Shown: piece after piece, positions 26,791 through 34,842 of the stretch
How the letters are laid out: each line of letters opens with the position of its first letter
How positions within the stretch are numbered: the first letter of the stretch is position 1
From: an uncultured Ruminococcus sp.
GTDB taxonomy: Bacteria; Bacillota; Clostridia; Oscillospirales; Acutalibacteraceae
Length of the DNA: 44,916 bases
Assembly: GCA_902803585.1 (NCBI GenBank)
Contig: CADCQO010000145.1
Location: 1 to 44,916, forward strand
Reading direction: 5' to 3'
Program-made: the position numbers and the translations under genes
Notes under the pieces: generated by a model
Told to the model about the DNA's origin: nothing
What the model saw: only the letters and a program-made list of their open reading frames with translations
Database searches by the model: none

Positions 26791-26942
26791 GAACGTGTGA
26801 TAAAGAGTAGGGAAGGTTCGGCCCGATTTTACGCCTGTGGAGTCAGTAGGCTGCGAGGACGAAGAAGCAGGAAGTCCGTTGGTTTCAGACAATGGGCAGT
26901 TCAGAAATAATAAAGAAATGAATACTGATGGAGGTAAATATT

Positions 26943-27851
26943 ATGGCTTTTACAGCACAAGATGTTAAGACGCTGAGAGAGAGAACAGGCTGCGGTATGA
27001 TGGACTGCAAAAAGGCTCTCGCACAAACTGACGGAGATATGGAGAAGGCAATTGACGTGCTCAGAGAGCAGGGTCTGGCAAAGGCTGCAAAGAAGGCTTC
27101 CAGAATCGCTGCTGAGGGTGTTGCTTTCGCTTATACAAACGATGACTGCACCGCAGGTGTTGCACTTGAAGTAAATGCAGAAACAGACTTCGTAGCAAAG
27201 AATGCAGATTTTCAGGGTTTTGTCAAGACAGTTGCAGAAACCGTTATGGCAGAGAAGCCCGCTAATGTAGAAGAACTGCTCAACAAGAAGGCTGTCGGCA
27301 CAGAAATGAGTGTTGCTGAACTGCTGCAGGAAAAGATCCAGACAATCGGTGAGAACATCATTATCCGTCGTTTTGAACGTTATGAGGGTGTCGTAGCTAC
27401 TTATATCCATGCAGGCGGAAAGATTGCCGTTATGGTTAAGTTTGACACAGATGTAGCAATTGACGACGCATTCAAGACCTATGCAAAGGATATCGCAATG
27501 CAGATCGCAGCAGTAGCTCCTTCTTACCTGAACAAAGAACAGGTTCCCGCTGAGGTGCTGGAGCATGAGAAGAAGATCATGACCGAGCAGGTTATGAACG
27601 AGGGTAAGCCTGAAGCAATTGCACAGAAGATCGTTATGGGCAAAATCGGCAAGTACTATGAGGAGAACTGCCTCGTTAATCAGGTATTTGTTAAGGACAG
27701 CAAGCTCAAGATCAGCGATTATACCGCTCAGACTGCTAAGGCACTCGGCGGAAAGATTGAGATTCTCGGATTCGTTCGTTTTGAAAAGGGCGAGGGTCTT
27801 GAGAAACGTTCTGATGATTTTGCAGCAGAAGTTGCCAGCATGGTAAAATAA
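26943..27851 (+). CDS. tsf: Translation elongation factor Ts
   Basis: [26 protein letters not shown] (UBA-like N-terminus) with full-length EF-Ts similarity. Start trimmed to the ATG at 26943 after GGAGG. Confidence 0.97.
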   Translation: MAFTAQDVKTLRERTGCGMMDCKKALAQTDGDMEKAIDVLREQGLAKAAKKASRIAAEGVAFAYTNDDCTAGVALEVNAETDFVAKNADFQGFVKTVAETVMAEKPANVEELLNKKAVGTEMSVAELLQEKIQTIGENIIIRRFERYEGVVATYIHAGGKIAVMVKFDTDVAIDDAFKTYAKDIAMQIAAVAPSYLNKEQVPAEVLEHEKKIMTEQVMNEGKPEAIAQKIVMGKIGKYYEENCLVNQVFVKDSKLKISDYTAQTAKALGGKIEILGFVRFEKGEGLEKRSDDFAAEVASMVK

Positions 27852-27872
27852 TTAAAAATCGGAACTATCGAG

Positions 27873-27910
27873 AACAGAGGACGGTCGGCAGAGCCACGCC
27901 CTCTGTTTTT
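27873..27910 (+). terminator. Rho-independent terminator of tsf
   Basis: Stem aacagagg (27873-80) / cctctgtt (27900-07) followed by a T-run. Confidence 0.65.
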
Positions 27911-28081
27911 GTATAATAAGCACCAAAAAGCTGCTGATATAATGACGAAGGGTAAACATCCTTTTCCATGCTTTTGAGCGGCAGAGCCGGAAACAGCCTG
28001 CTGATTTTTTGTGAATCCTTTTGGTGAAAATGACTATCATATAATATCAACAGAAAATTAATAATTTCTGCTTTACTTTAG

Positions 28082-28110
28082 TTGTCGAATATAGTAAAAT
28101 AAATTAAAAT
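28082..28110 (+). promoter_or_regulatory. Possible sigma-A promoter of pyrH-frr
   Basis: TTGTCG (28082-87), a 17-nt spacer, then TAAAAT (28105-10). The context is AT-rich, so specificity is low. Confidence 0.35.
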
Positions 28111-28128
28111 ACAACAACAGGAGAGTGT

Positions 28129-28842
28129 GTGAGTATTATGACGCCTAAATACAAGAGAGTTCTTTTGAAGCTGAGCGGAGAATCGCTGGCAGGAGAAGAA
28201 AAACATGGTATAGACTTTGATACGGTTCTGAGATTCTGCGAGCCTATCAAGAAACTGAATGAAATGGGTGTAGAAATTGCTATCGTTGTAGGCGGAGGCA
28301 ACTTCTGGAGAGGCCGTTCCAGCGGCAAGATGGATCGTACCAGAGCTGACCACATGGGTATGCTGGCAACGGTTATCAACGCACTGGGCGTATGTGATGC
28401 ACTGGAGCAGTTAGGTCTGGAGGTTCGTGTACAGACTGCTATTGCAATGCAGCAGGTAGCAGAACCGTATATCAGAAACAGAGCTATCCGTCATCTGGAA
28501 AAAGGCAGAATTCTGGTATTTGGCTGCGGTACGGGCAATCCCTTCTTTTCTACTGATACCGCTGCTGCACTCAGAGCGGCTGAGATCGATGCAGATATCA
28601 TTCTGAAAGCCACTATGGTAGACGGTGTTTATGACAGCGATCCCAAAGTTAACCCTGATGCTAAAAAGTACGACAGAGTTTCTTTTCAGGAAGTACTGAA
28701 TCATGACCTGAAGGTAATGGACAGCACCGCTGCTGCTATCTGCAAAGATAACCACTTGCCGATTATCGTATTCAGTCTGGAAAATCCCGATAACATTGTT
28801 TCTGCCGTATGCGGGGAAAACGTCGGTACACTGGTAGAGTAA
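28129..28842 (+). CDS. pyrH: UMP kinase
   Basis: [26 protein letters not shown] and [17 protein letters not shown] motifs. Either the GTG at 28129 or the ATG at 28138 (MTPKYKR...) may be the true start. Confidence 0.95.
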   Translation: MSIMTPKYKRVLLKLSGESLAGEEKHGIDFDTVLRFCEPIKKLNEMGVEIAIVVGGGNFWRGRSSGKMDRTRADHMGMLATVINALGVCDALEQLGLEVRVQTAIAMQQVAEPYIRNRAIRHLEKGRILVFGCGTGNPFFSTDTAAALRAAEIDADIILKATMVDGVYDSDPKVNPDAKKYDRVSFQEVLNHDLKVMDSTAAAICKDNHLPIIVFSLENPDNIVSAVCGENVGTLVE

Positions 28843-28931
28843 ATGATTGAATGAACAGCAGCAAAGCGGAAATACTTTTCATGATACTGCTTTGCCGCAC
28901 ATAAAGATGATTGAACGGAGGAGAAATCACT

Positions 28932-29486
28932 ATGAACACACTTATCAAAAACACAGACGACAAAATGAAAAAGTCAGTAGAGCATCTGGAAACAGAATTT
29001 TCGGAAATTCGTGCAGGCCGTGCGAATCCCGCAGTTCTTGACAAAATCAGGGTGGATTATTACGGTGCCCCCACCGCCATCAACCAGATTGCAGCTGTAT
29101 CCGTTACAGAGGCAAGAACCCTCACCATTCAGCCCTGGGACACTTCCGTCCTGCGCAGTATTGAAAAGGCAATCCAGACTTCCGATATCGGTATCAATCC
29201 GCAGAATGACGGTAAAATTATCCGCATGGTTTTCCCGCCGCTGACAGAGGACAGACGTAAAGTCATCGTTAAAGACATCGCTAAAATGGGTGAAGATGCA
29301 AAGGTAGCCATTCGTTCTATCAGACGTGAGGCAATGGAAAAGCTGAAAGCGATGAAAAAGAAGGGCGAAATTACTGAAGATGATCAGAAAACAGGCGAAA
29401 AGAAAATTCAGGATATTACGGATAAACACATAAAGACAATTGACAGCCTGACCGAAAAGAAGCAGAAGCAGATTATGGAAATCTGA
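28932..29486 (+). CDS. frr: Ribosome recycling factor
   Basis: Full-length RRF similarity (EFSEIRAGRANPAVLDKIRVDYYG, NPQNDGKIIRMVFPPLTEDRR). Start trimmed to the ATG at 28932 after GGAGGAG. Confidence 0.95.
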   Translation: MNTLIKNTDDKMKKSVEHLETEFSEIRAGRANPAVLDKIRVDYYGAPTAINQIAAVSVTEARTLTIQPWDTSVLRSIEKAIQTSDIGINPQNDGKIIRMVFPPLTEDRRKVIVKDIAKMGEDAKVAIRSIRREAMEKLKAMKKKGEITEDDQKTGEKKIQDITDKHIKTIDSLTEKKQKQIMEI

Positions 29487-29569
29487 CACTATATCCGGCA
29501 GGATACCTATGAAAAATCAATGCCGTTAAAGGCTGTCGGGAATTTTTTCTGACAGAATAAGACTGTGAT

Positions 29570-29765
29570 GCTGTTCCGACGAAGGACGGCAGCAAAGAGC
29601 GTGTGCGGCCTGACAAGAGGAAATTTCACGCCCCGTAAAACAAGATGGGTCGTCTGATTCTGTTGGGGGTGTGTCGCTTTGCTGCAATTTCGTACAGCTA
29701 TCGTGCGCAGATTGAAACAAGAACAAATATCTCGGCAGGATTCGTTCTGCCGAGATGAATTTTAT
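29570..29765 (+). ncRNA. Candidate structured RNA (module A) ending in a terminator-like hairpin; family unknown
   Basis: A 9-bp long-range helix gcagcaaag (29589-97) / ctttgctgc (29677-85) encloses an 8-bp GC-rich helix cacgcccc (29627-34) / ggggtgtg (29666-73). An alternative local hairpin at 29570-93 competes for the same bases. A 10-bp hairpin atctcggcag / ctgccgagat (29729-56) is followed by gaattttat. There is no SD-supported ORF. Confidence 0.25.
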
Positions 29766-29785
29766 CCTAAATCGGCAAGAAGACT

Positions 29786-29905
29786 CTCACCCTGACATAA
29801 AACAGAACCGTGACATACACGGGGTTAGCTCGGTAATACTGTACAGTTCGCTGTACTGAAACGAGAAGCTTCTGCCTCTTGACAAAAGCGCGGAGGTCAG
29901 GGAGT
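29786..29905 (+). promoter_or_regulatory. Candidate folded leader element (module B) immediately upstream of uppS
   Basis: A closing helix ccctgac (29790-96) / gtcaggg (29896-902) encloses hairpin ccgtg-acata-cacgg (29808-22). It also encloses hairpin gtacag-ttcg-ctgtac (29841-56), nested in ctcg/cgag (29829-32 / 29862-65). TTGACA at 29879-84 lies inside the element. Confidence 0.2.
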
Positions 29906-29978
29906 ATGTCACTATGAAATAGTATGGAAAGAGACAAAAATGTTATCTTTTCCGAGGATTACCAGCGAGGTGGACAGC

Positions 29979-30698
29979 ATGAAAAAAGCACCAATCGAGT
30001 GGCGCATTCCCGAACATATTGGTATTATTATGGATGGTAATGGCAGATGGGCTAAAAAAAGAGGATTGCCTCGTCCGATAGGCCATACCTACGGTGCAAA
30101 GACCTTTAAGAATATAACAAGATATATCAGTCGGCAGGGTGTAAAGTATCTCACTTTATATGCGTTTTCGACTGAGAACTGGAAGCGTCCGTTGGAAGAA
30201 GTAAACGCCCTGATGAAAATTTTCAGACAGTATCTGATAGATTCGCTTGTGAATTTTCGTGAAGATGACATTAAGGTCGTTTTTATCGGTGATCGTTCTG
30301 CTTTTCCATCGGATATCATACAACTTATCAACGAAACAGAAGAAATAGCGAAAGACCGTAAAGGAATGCAGCTGAATATTGCGATGAATTACGGCGGCCG
30401 TGCAGAAATACTCAGTGCAGTAAAGCAAATTTATGAAGATATCAGGGACGGCAGAATGTCTGAAGAGGAACTGACGGAAGCGTCCGTATCGAGCCGTTTG
30501 TATACTGCGGGAATGCCCGATCCTGATCTGATTATCCGTACAGGAGGAGAACACCGTCTGAGCAACTTTATGTTATATCAGGCGGCATATGCCGAATTTT
30601 ATTCCACCGATACACTCTGGCCTGATTTCAGTGAAAAAGATTTTGATAAGGCGGTTGAAGAATTCAATCAGAGAAGCAGGAGATTTGGAGGGGTATAA
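29979..30698 (+). CDS. uppS: Undecaprenyl diphosphate synthase (isoprenyl transferase)
   Basis: HIGIIMDGNGRWAKKRG, LTLYAFSTENWKRP and IRTGGEHRLSNFMLYQAAYAEF motifs. Start trimmed from 29940 to the ATG at 29979 after GAGGTGG. Confidence 0.95.
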   Translation: MKKAPIEWRIPEHIGIIMDGNGRWAKKRGLPRPIGHTYGAKTFKNITRYISRQGVKYLTLYAFSTENWKRPLEEVNALMKIFRQYLIDSLVNFREDDIKVVFIGDRSAFPSDIIQLINETEEIAKDRKGMQLNIAMNYGGRAEILSAVKQIYEDIRDGRMSEEELTEASVSSRLYTAGMPDPDLIIRTGGEHRLSNFMLYQAAYAEFYSTDTLWPDFSEKDFDKAVEEFNQRSRRFGGV

Positions 30699-31523
30699 AT
30701 GGCAAAGCGATTTCTGGCAGCTGCGATCGGCGTACCGATGATTTTAGCTGTTGTTTTTTTCGGTGTGCAAGTGCCTGTCCTGATTGATATAGCGATTGCA
30801 ATTGTCTGTGGTTTATCAGTAGGGGAATTTTTGGTAGCGTGTGGTGTGATAAAGCTGTTTCAGGTAAGCATTCCTGCTATACTGTTTGCGTGTGCTTATC
30901 CGATGCTGCTCACCTACGGTTATGGAACGCTGACAGCATATGTTTATACGGGAATTGCTCTTTCAATGATGGTCTTTTTCCATGAAAAGATATCGTATAA
31001 AGAATTTGCTTATCATTACGGCATGACGATTCTGATAACAGCAGCGATGTCCTCCGTTGTAATGATGAAAAATTTCGATGCCGCACATGCTTCCTTTTAT
31101 TTTGTCCTTTCTCTTGGTTTGCCATGGATGGCAGATATCGGCGCATTCTTTGCCGGAAGCTTTCTGGGAAAACATAAGCTTTGTCCCGTTATCAGTCCTA
31201 AAAAAACGATAGAAGGAGCAATCGGCGGGGTATTGTTCTGTATCGGCGCTACCTGTCTGGTAGGCTGGATTTTCAGCAGTCTGCTTTATGGGGAAAAAGC
31301 GCACGTTCAATATCTGAATCTGTCGATACTCGCTTTTTTTGGATCCCTGCTTTCCATTATAGGAGATCTGAGCTTTTCAGTTGTCAAGCGGTATTTCAAG
31401 ATCAAAGATTACGGTTTTATCATTCCCGGTCACGGCGGTTTTCTTGACCGTTTTGACAGCGTTATCATGGTAGCGCCGTTTATTCTGACATTTATCACTT
31501 ATTTTCCCATTATAACCATATGA
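30699..31523 (+). CDS. cdsA: Phosphatidate cytidylyltransferase
   Basis: Polytopic membrane protein with the CDS signature (SPKKTIEGAIGG, GDLSFSVVKRYFKIKDYGFIIPGHGGFLDRFDS). The ATG follows the uppS stop directly. Confidence 0.9.
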   Translation: MAKRFLAAAIGVPMILAVVFFGVQVPVLIDIAIAIVCGLSVGEFLVACGVIKLFQVSIPAILFACAYPMLLTYGYGTLTAYVYTGIALSMMVFFHEKISYKEFAYHYGMTILITAAMSSVVMMKNFDAAHASFYFVLSLGLPWMADIGAFFAGSFLGKHKLCPVISPKKTIEGAIGGVLFCIGATCLVGWIFSSLLYGEKAHVQYLNLSILAFFGSLLSIIGDLSFSVVKRYFKIKDYGFIIPGHGGFLDRFDSVIMVAPFILTFITYFPIITI

Positions 31524-31547
31524 TCGTGTGACGGGAGGAGTTTGCAT

Positions 31548-32705
31548 ATGACACAGGCAATTGCTGTACTTGGTTCTACCGGTTCGATTGGTGTGCAGAC
31601 GTTAGATGTAGCAAGAATGCACAACATAAAGGTTGTTGCTCTTACAGCGCAGCGGAGTATCAGGCTGCTGGAACAACAGGCAAGAGAATTTCAGCCGGTT
31701 ATGGTAGCAGTAGGAGATAAAGACGCTGCGGCTGAATTAAAAATAGCGCTGGCAGATACAGATATTCAGGTACTGGCAGGGCAGGAAGGAATTTTAGAGG
31801 CTGCTCATTGTCAGGGCGCAGATACCGTTGTCAATGCTATTGTCGGTGTAGCAGGGCTGCTGCCAACATTAGAGGCGGTCAACGCCGGAAAAAATCTGGC
31901 GTTAGCCAATAAAGAAACGCTGGTAGCAGGCGGCGAAGTGGTGAAGTCTGCTGTCCGGCAAAAAGGTGTTGCGCTTTATCCCGTTGATAGTGAACATTCA
32001 GCTATTTTCCAGTGCTTACAGGGCTGTCCGGAACAAGCACTGGAAAAAGTCATTCTTACCGCATCAGGCGGTTCTTTTTACGGCAAGCGCAGGGAGGAAC
32101 TGGAAAAAGTTACTGTGCAGCAGGCACTGAAGCACCCTAACTGGAGCATGGGCGCAAAAATCACTATAGATTCTGCTACCCTCATGAATAAAGGATTAGA
32201 GGTGATAGAAGCCTCGTGGCTGTTTGAAGTGCCGGATGAAAAAATAGATGTGCTGATTCATCGGGAAAGCATCATTCACTCCATGATACAGCTGAAAGAC
32301 CATTCCATCATTGCACAGTTGGGGACAGCAGATATGCGCATACCAATTCAGTATGCTCTGACTTATCCGGAGCGGTTAGCTTCACCGGTAAAGGAACTTG
32401 ATCTGTCACAAATAGCGACTCTGACCTTTGCCAAGCCCGACACAGACACTTTTGCGTGTCTGCGTATTTGTCGTGAAGCATTGCGGCGCGGAGGGCTTTA
32501 CCCGACAGTGGCAAATGCCGCAAATGAAGCCGCCGTTCAGTTGTTTTTGGAAGGGAAAATATCTTTCCTGCAGATTACTGATCTGGTAGGTGAAGCAGCA
32601 GCAGCGTTTTCCGGTGCTTCCTGCAGCATGACACTGGATAATATTTTGTCGGCTGACAGAGAAACCCGTCAGAGGATTCTGCATCAATACGGAGGAGATG
32701 ATTAA
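31548..32705 (+). CDS. dxr: 1-deoxy-D-xylulose 5-phosphate reductoisomerase
   Basis: AVLGSTGSIGVQTLDV, LANKETLV, DSEHSAIFQCL and NKGLEVIEA motifs. The ATG at 31548 lies 7 nt after GGGAGGAG. The track's TTG at 31542 is less likely. Confidence 0.95.
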   Translation: MTQAIAVLGSTGSIGVQTLDVARMHNIKVVALTAQRSIRLLEQQAREFQPVMVAVGDKDAAAELKIALADTDIQVLAGQEGILEAAHCQGADTVVNAIVGVAGLLPTLEAVNAGKNLALANKETLVAGGEVVKSAVRQKGVALYPVDSEHSAIFQCLQGCPEQALEKVILTASGGSFYGKRREELEKVTVQQALKHPNWSMGAKITIDSATLMNKGLEVIEASWLFEVPDEKIDVLIHRESIIHSMIQLKDHSIIAQLGTADMRIPIQYALTYPERLASPVKELDLSQIATLTFAKPDTDTFACLRICREALRRGGLYPTVANAANEAAVQLFLEGKISFLQITDLVGEAAAAFSGASCSMTLDNILSADRETRQRILHQYGGDD

Positions 32706-33759
32706 GATAGAAGGCGTATTATTAGTTATTATCGGTATTTTGCTTTTTGAATTGATCATATTTATTCACGAGTTTGGTCATTTCATTACTGCGAAAAAAT
32801 GTGGTGTAAAGGTCAATGAATTTGCGCTGGGTATGGGGCCAAAGCTGATAAAATTTCAGAAAGGCGAAACTCTTTACTCTCTGCGGGCTTTTCCGATCGG
32901 CGGTTTTTGTTCTATGGAAGGTGAAGATGCCGACAGCGAGGACAACAGAGCCTTCGGCAAAAAATCCGTGTGGAAGCGTATGCTGATTGTAGTAGCCGGA
33001 GCAGTAATGAATATTCTGCTGGGCTTTGTGCTGATGATGATTACGCTGATTCCTAACAGCCGTTTTGCGTCCAACCGTATTGCTGCTTTTTCGGATGTTT
33101 GCACATCATCGCAGTTTTTACAGGTAGGCGATGAGATAAAATCCATCAATGGCTACGGAATCAGCACTTCTATGGATCTGAACTTTGCACTGGCGACCGC
33201 TAAAAATAACGATATGACTTTTACAGTAGTGCGTGACGGTCAGACAATGACATTTGACCATGTAAAACTGCCGACAAGTCAGACGAAAGAAGGAAAGGAG
33301 ATCACACATCTGGATTTCAAGGTGGCGGCGATTGAAAATAACTTCTGGACGTTGATGCAGCAGACTTTTCTGCAAACGTGTTCTACTGTCAAAATGGTAT
33401 GGGCAAGTCTGATCGGTCTGATAACAGGTCAGTTCGGCTTCAACGAAGTAGCCGGCCCCATTGGTATGACCTCAGCTATTACACAGGCAACAGCTGCAGG
33501 ACTGCAGTCCAGTTTCTGGGCGGGATTGGGCAACCTGATTTTCATTATGATGGTCATTACTGTGAATCTCGGTGTGGTTAATTTACTGCCGCTGCCGGCA
33601 TTGGACGGAGGCAGACTGGTATTTCTGATTATCGAAGCAATCAGAAGAAAACCCATCAAGCCGGAACATGAAGGCTGGGTACACGCTATCGGTCTGGCGG
33701 TATTGCTGCTGTTTATGGTGGTTATTTCTATCAATGATATTATCCGACTGTTTCAATAG
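32698..33759 (+). CDS. rseP: RIP (site-2) zinc metalloprotease RseP/RasP family, M50
   Basis: HEFGHF zinc motif in TM1, a central PDZ-like segment and the C-terminal NLLPLPALDGG motif. Overlaps the end of dxr by 8 nt. Confidence 0.9.
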   Translation: MIKIEGVLLVIIGILLFELIIFIHEFGHFITAKKCGVKVNEFALGMGPKLIKFQKGETLYSLRAFPIGGFCSMEGEDADSEDNRAFGKKSVWKRMLIVVAGAVMNILLGFVLMMITLIPNSRFASNRIAAFSDVCTSSQFLQVGDEIKSINGYGISTSMDLNFALATAKNNDMTFTVVRDGQTMTFDHVKLPTSQTKEGKEITHLDFKVAAIENNFWTLMQQTFLQTCSTVKMVWASLIGLITGQFGFNEVAGPIGMTSAITQATAAGLQSSFWAGLGNLIFIMMVITVNLGVVNLLPLPALDGGRLVFLIIEAIRRKPIKPEHEGWVHAIGLAVLLLFMVVISINDIIRLFQ

Positions 33760-33770
33760 GAGAAGATAGC

Positions 33771-34820
33771 ATGAAAAGACGGGATACCAAAAAAATCGCT
33801 GTCGGTTCTTTGCAGATTGGCGGCGATGCAGAAATTACAGTACAATCTATGCTGAATGTTCCCTCTGTGGACATTGAAGGAAGTGTACGGCAGGCGGCAG
33901 CGCTGGAACAGGCAGGCTGTGATATTATCCGTATTGCCGTACCTGATATAGAGGCAGTCAGGCTGATACCGGCTATCAAAAAAGAAGTGTCAGCCCCTAT
34001 TGTTGCCGATATTCATTTTGATTATAAAATAGCATTGGAAGCAGCAGCGGCTGGGGTTGATAAAATTCGCATCAATCCCGGCAATATCGGATCTGATGAC
34101 AGGGTGAAGCAGGTGGCTGATGAGTGCCGCAGAAGGAACATTCCCATTCGTATCGGGGTTAATTCCGGTTCATTGGAAAAGCATATTCTGGCGAAGTATG
34201 GCAAGCCGACACCGCAGGCATTGTGCGACAGTGCGCTGTATCATGCAGCTTTGTTGGAAAAGTTTGATTTTGACCAGATCGTGCTTTCTATGAAATCTTC
34301 TAACGTGGCATTCATGAAGGAAGCCTATGAGCTGGCAGCCGAACAGTGCAGTTATCCGCTGCATCTTGGGGTTACAGAAGCAGGTACCGAGCGCATGGGG
34401 CTGATCAAATCCGCCGCCGGCATCGGCAGTCTGCTGCTGGAGGGCATCGGTGATACCATAAGGGTTTCCTTGACAGATGACCCTGTTAAGGAGGTTTATG
34501 CGGCAAAAGATATTTTGCAGGCACTGGGACTGCGCCGTTTTGGCGTGCAGTTTATTTCCTGCCCGACTTGCGGACGTACCCGCATTGATCTGATATCTTT
34601 GGCAAAGAAAGCAGAGGCTCGCCTGAAAGACTGTCAGAAACCCATCACAGTAGCTATTATGGGCTGTGTGGTCAATGGCCCCGGTGAGGCGAGAGAAGCT
34701 GATATTGGTATAGCAGGCGGTGACGGTGTGGGTCTGCTTTTCAAAAAGGGAGAAATCATAAAAAAGGTGCCGGAGGAATGTTTGCTGGACGAATTGATGA
34801 AAGAGATAGAACAGTTGTAA
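33771..34820 (+). CDS. ispG: 4-hydroxy-3-methylbut-2-en-1-yl diphosphate synthase (flavodoxin)
   Basis: Full-length GcpE similarity (VQSMLN, DIIRIAVPD, RINPGNIG, CPTCGRT, IMGCVVNGPGEA). Confidence 0.95.
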   Translation: MKRRDTKKIAVGSLQIGGDAEITVQSMLNVPSVDIEGSVRQAAALEQAGCDIIRIAVPDIEAVRLIPAIKKEVSAPIVADIHFDYKIALEAAAAGVDKIRINPGNIGSDDRVKQVADECRRRNIPIRIGVNSGSLEKHILAKYGKPTPQALCDSALYHAALLEKFDFDQIVLSMKSSNVAFMKEAYELAAEQCSYPLHLGVTEAGTERMGLIKSAAGIGSLLLEGIGDTIRVSLTDDPVKEVYAAKDILQALGLRRFGVQFISCPTCGRTRIDLISLAKKAEARLKDCQKPITVAIMGCVVNGPGEAREADIGIAGGDGVGLLFKKGEIIKKVPEECLLDELMKEIEQL

Positions 34821-34842
34821 CATGACAAAGGGAGATTGAAGC

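Noticed and set aside
26026-26892. 288-aa minus-strand ORF opposite rpsB, with 26901..27566 opposite tsf
   Set aside because: Both are antisense shadows of highly conserved translation genes. They are Cys/Ser/Phe-rich junk translations with no RBS.
29526-29726. 66-aa minus-strand ORF in the frr-uppS spacer
   Set aside because: It has no SD upstream of its ATG, an odd composition and no recognisable domain. It is opposite in orientation to the whole operon array. The region is better explained as non-coding structured sequence.
29645-29757. 37-codon plus-strand ORF (MGRLILLGVCRFAAISYSYRAQIETRTNISAGFVLPR) ending inside the terminator-like hairpin
   Set aside because: It has a hydrophobic N-terminus, but there is no purine-rich SD within 15 nt upstream (..cgtaaaacaagATG). 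Its start also lies inside the proposed GC-rich helix. It is kept only as an alternative explanation to test by Ribo-seq.
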